Shown one piece after another: positions 59,773 through 64,000 of a DNA stretch of 64,000 nucleotides (position 1 is the stretch's first letter; every line of letters begins with the position of its first letter). The notes below the pieces were generated by a model, which made no database searches, was not told the DNA's origin, and saw only the letters and a program-made list of their open reading frames with translations. The translations under genes and the position numbers were made by a program. Origin of the DNA: the human T2T-CHM13v2.0 reference genome, Homo sapiens; NCBI RefSeq assembly GCF_009914755.1, contig NC_060925.1; one strand, 5' to 3'.

Positions 59773-60057
59773 TTTCTTTTTTTTGAGACAAAGTCTCACT
59801 GTGTCCCCCAGGCTGGAGTGCAGTGGTGGGATCTCAGCAACCTGCGCCTCCCAGGTTCAAGCGATTCTCATGCCTCAGCCTCCCGAGTAGTTAGGATTAT
59901 AGGCACCTGCCACCACGGCCAGTTAATTTTTGTTTTTTAGTAGAGACGGGGTTTCACCATGTTGGCCAGGCTCGTCTCAAACTCCTGACCTCAGGTGATC
60001 CACCCGCCTCAGCCTCCCAAAGTGCTGGGATTACAGGTGTGAGCCACCGCGCCCAGC
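59773..60057 (-). mobile_element. AluS-like
   Basis: Reverse Alu, tail-to-tail with previous element. Confidence 0.92.
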
Positions 60058-60538
60058 CCCAAAACATTATACTTCTTTTCAAATATTCAGTAGGTATTCA
60101 GGAGTTAACTCCTTACCTTCTATTCTATAACTTTCAATGGTAAGGAATGGTATATGATTTCTTCTTAAAATGTAAGGCTTACCCCTCTACTTCTATCCTT
60201 TCCTATATACCTTTATAGTACAAAAGCTGTCATTACTCTCTTGATAAGGTATTCTCATACTCTTAATTCAGGAAAAGCTACTTCCAGAAATGCTGATTCA
60301 ATGAGTTTGAGGTAGAAGTTGAAAACTGTATGTTTAAAAAACCTCTCCATATAATGATGATATCAGCCTGGTTTGAAAACTACCTTCCAGGCCTTTACCA
60401 CAATGGCTATGAGATTCTGCTATGCATCCACGCAGCCTATGAAGTTTTTCTTTTTGTTTTTTGTTTCTAAACATATGAATGCCTGGGACCTTCAAAAGAT
60501 TTTGAATGGATAGATTTAGCACCCAGACATTTGTCTAG

Positions 60539-60838
<300 letters not shown>

Positions 60839-61381
60839 TGTCTAGTCTGTTCTTTTGTGGTGGATCATAAGCAGTACCTTCAAGATGAAGGCCAAAAACC
60901 AGAAAGTATAAGACCCATGCTTCAGAAGTTATACCCACCCTTGGGTGTCAGAAGGGTCCTGAGTTTTAGCCCAGCTGTCTGCAAGTTGGTCTATTTTTAT
61001 GATTCCCTTGTGTTTACTAGTAATATTTAGTATAAAAGTCCATCCTAGGGAGGGCCTGCCATACCAGAGATGTATTAATGAATCCATCTTACGGAGGACA
61101 AAACTAAGGCTGAGTGGTTCGTAATACTGGGATTTGACTCAACCTTGTCACAACACCAAAGCCAGTGCTCTTCCCTCCACCATGCTGCCTCAGGTTACAA
61201 GACACACTAACACCATCGTGTAGGGAGAGATGAGCTTCCAGGGCTCTGACATATATTAGACACTGATGAAGAGATTCCAAAGTGAGCTGAAACTAAAGAT
61301 GACAGCGTTAGGGTTTCTAGAACTCTCTTCCCACTTCTCAAGCTCGCCCTTAACTGTATATCCCATGATGTTGTATTTTTA

Positions 61382-61738
<357 letters not shown>

Positions 61739-62348
61739 CTAGGAGTTTAGCCAAATCAACTAAAGGCAGACATTTTTTTTGTTTGTGGTAGTAGTGAGTG
61801 GTAAGCAAGAGAGAAAAAATGGTATGTCTTGTAGGTTGCAAGGGAAGAAAAACATACATGTAAGAGAGATTTTCTAAGGCAGAATTAACGAAGCTTCTCA
61901 GTAAAAGAAAGAGGAAAAGAAGTCCTATCCCTGAGAGGATGGTTTACGGAGTAACTACTGCACACTAGGTTCTGTACTAACAAAGAAAACTGTTAAACTG
62001 CTTCCCAGGCCAAAATCAAATAGGATCCCTAGCTAAGGGCAGCTTGACTGGTATCAACACTAGACCTCAAGTGGGTATGATGAAAAGGAGCAGCCAACCT
62101 CATTATCCAACTTAGAGGGAGTGAAGACTTCATTAAGAATAAATCTCATACGTTTTAATTACCAAAATGATCTAGGACTTCTTAGTCACAAGGATGATTT
62201 TCATAGCAGATTTTAAAATAAATATTAATCTCTTAATTCATTTGCTAAACTATCTCAAGTTTGGATATTGAATAAGCATATTAAATATATAAGGGACAAT
62301 TCTTTTTCTACAGAGGAAAGTTTTTCAATCATCTCCCACATCACTCAC

Positions 62349-62412
62349 TTGGATCTGGTTCACAGGCGCCGTCGCTAAATTCTCCAAAGATGATGATGTA
62401 TTGCTCTCCATC
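62349..62412 (-). CDS. GLRX2: GLRX2 exon 2 (MESNTSSSLENLATAPVNQIQ); exon 1 lies beyond window end
   Basis: CCTTTTAG acceptor, CAA|GTGAGT donor, 64 nt, manual translation. Confidence 0.93.
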
Positions 62413-63554
62413 CTAAAAGGAATTTAAGAGAACAATGTAGTTTATTAAGCATTAAGGATAATTTATCACGAGTTTTATTTGAAAAAAATCAATCTCATAA
62501 ACAAATATAGCCAAACTTACAAAATAGAAAAAAATTTTACTTATTATCAGTACAAAATGTCAATATACAAAGTATTTGTTTCACTAAAACCAAAAAGGCC
62601 TGTGTGCTTATGTAACTAGCTTCCCAACACCCTTAATTATTTGATAAAATCATATTTACTGTGTTTAAAGCTTGACACACTCTTATTTATAACTGGCAAA
62701 TTTCAAATATTCCATCCTATGCCATATGACCTGACCATTGGTTTAAAAATATAGTTTCTATTTTCTTAGTAAAACATGCCAAAACTCTATGAACACACTG
62801 TGAAGCAGGGAATCTTCAAAGATTTTTGAGGAAGCTACAGTATCTCAACCGCAATGGGCCATAGCTCCAAATTTCCTAGTCTGCAAAGTGGAAACAATAA
62901 TCACTGGCACGTCTCAAAGGATTTTGTGAAGATTAAATGAATTCATACGCAGAAAGCAGATAAGTGCCTTCCACATAGTAAATGCTCAATAATGTTTAAC
63001 ATTACTACTATTAGTTCCTGAATACAGGACCTCTCATTATCTCAGTATTTATTATCCAAAACCTAGCTATTGGGAGCTTGTAAAAGGAAGCATTCATTGT
63101 CAGGAAAATTATCACTAAAAAAAAAAACTCAACCAGTTTATCATCATCAAATCTTTTTATCCCTGGAACCTTTTCTTCCCCATCCACTCATCTTTCTTGG
63201 TCAACCAGGCCCTACCGCACTGTTGGAACAATATCAAACACCATGATGCAAACTAACTGCAGAGTAAAATTACAAATCTTACAAGAGGATTATGACATAT
63301 AATAGATGTTTCAAAAGAGAATTACTCGAATATCTAAAGAATAAGAGAATTTTTGAAACTTCAAATATTTAAAAAACTATTATCCTTGTGATTATGTTAT
63401 AAAACTCAAATATTCTGCCTTCAAATCAATACTGTATTCATTCATTGGGGGTGCATTTAAAATTTAAATGTTCTTAAATGTAAACATAAAGCTACTTTTT
63501 ATGTTTTGTTTAATTTTTGCAATAGTCCCAAGCAGAATTTTTTAAACTGGATAG

Positions 63555-63879
<325 letters not shown>

Positions 63880-63947
63880 TAAGTGAATCCACTCTAATAG
63901 CTTTTTCCAGTACATCTTATCCTTGGATAATGAACATCTGCCCTACA

Positions 63948-64000
63948 CAGTAGTCCCCCTTTATCCACGGTTTCAGTTATCCAAGGTCAGCTGTGGTCCA
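63948..64000. mobile_element. Start of MER44/Tigger-like DNA transposon
   Basis: cagtagtccccctttatccacggtttc terminal motif; cut by window end. Confidence 0.6.

Overview
Primate (almost certainly human, 1q31) genomic DNA, AT-rich and dense in Alu, L1, LTR and DNA-transposon repeats. It holds three recognisable genes. (1) The first three coding exons of the proteasome/INO80 deubiquitinase UCHL5 (minus strand). (2) The complete RO60/TROVE2 gene (plus strand; 8 coding exons summing to 1617 nt = 538 aa), which shares a CpG-island bidirectional promoter with UCHL5 and has a ~7 kb 3'UTR containing alternative acceptors that swap the C-terminus. (3) Exons 2-4 of glutaredoxin 2 (GLRX2, minus strand, CSYC active site), convergent with RO60. 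UCHL5 intron 1 carries an H/ACA scaRNA (U109/SCARNA18B-like) with an intact U1 Psi6 guide pocket and retroposition hallmarks. I found no convincing new biological system. The most notable structures are the retroposed scaRNA, the multi-frame RO60 C-terminal splicing cassette (including a GC donor), and several template-switch scars: an A/inverted-A/A triplication at 56.4-56.9 kb, a 22-bp palindrome at 57.26 kb, and an inverted self-copy inside an L1. Repeat subfamily names come from recalled consensus motifs and their boundaries are approximate. No database searches were run.
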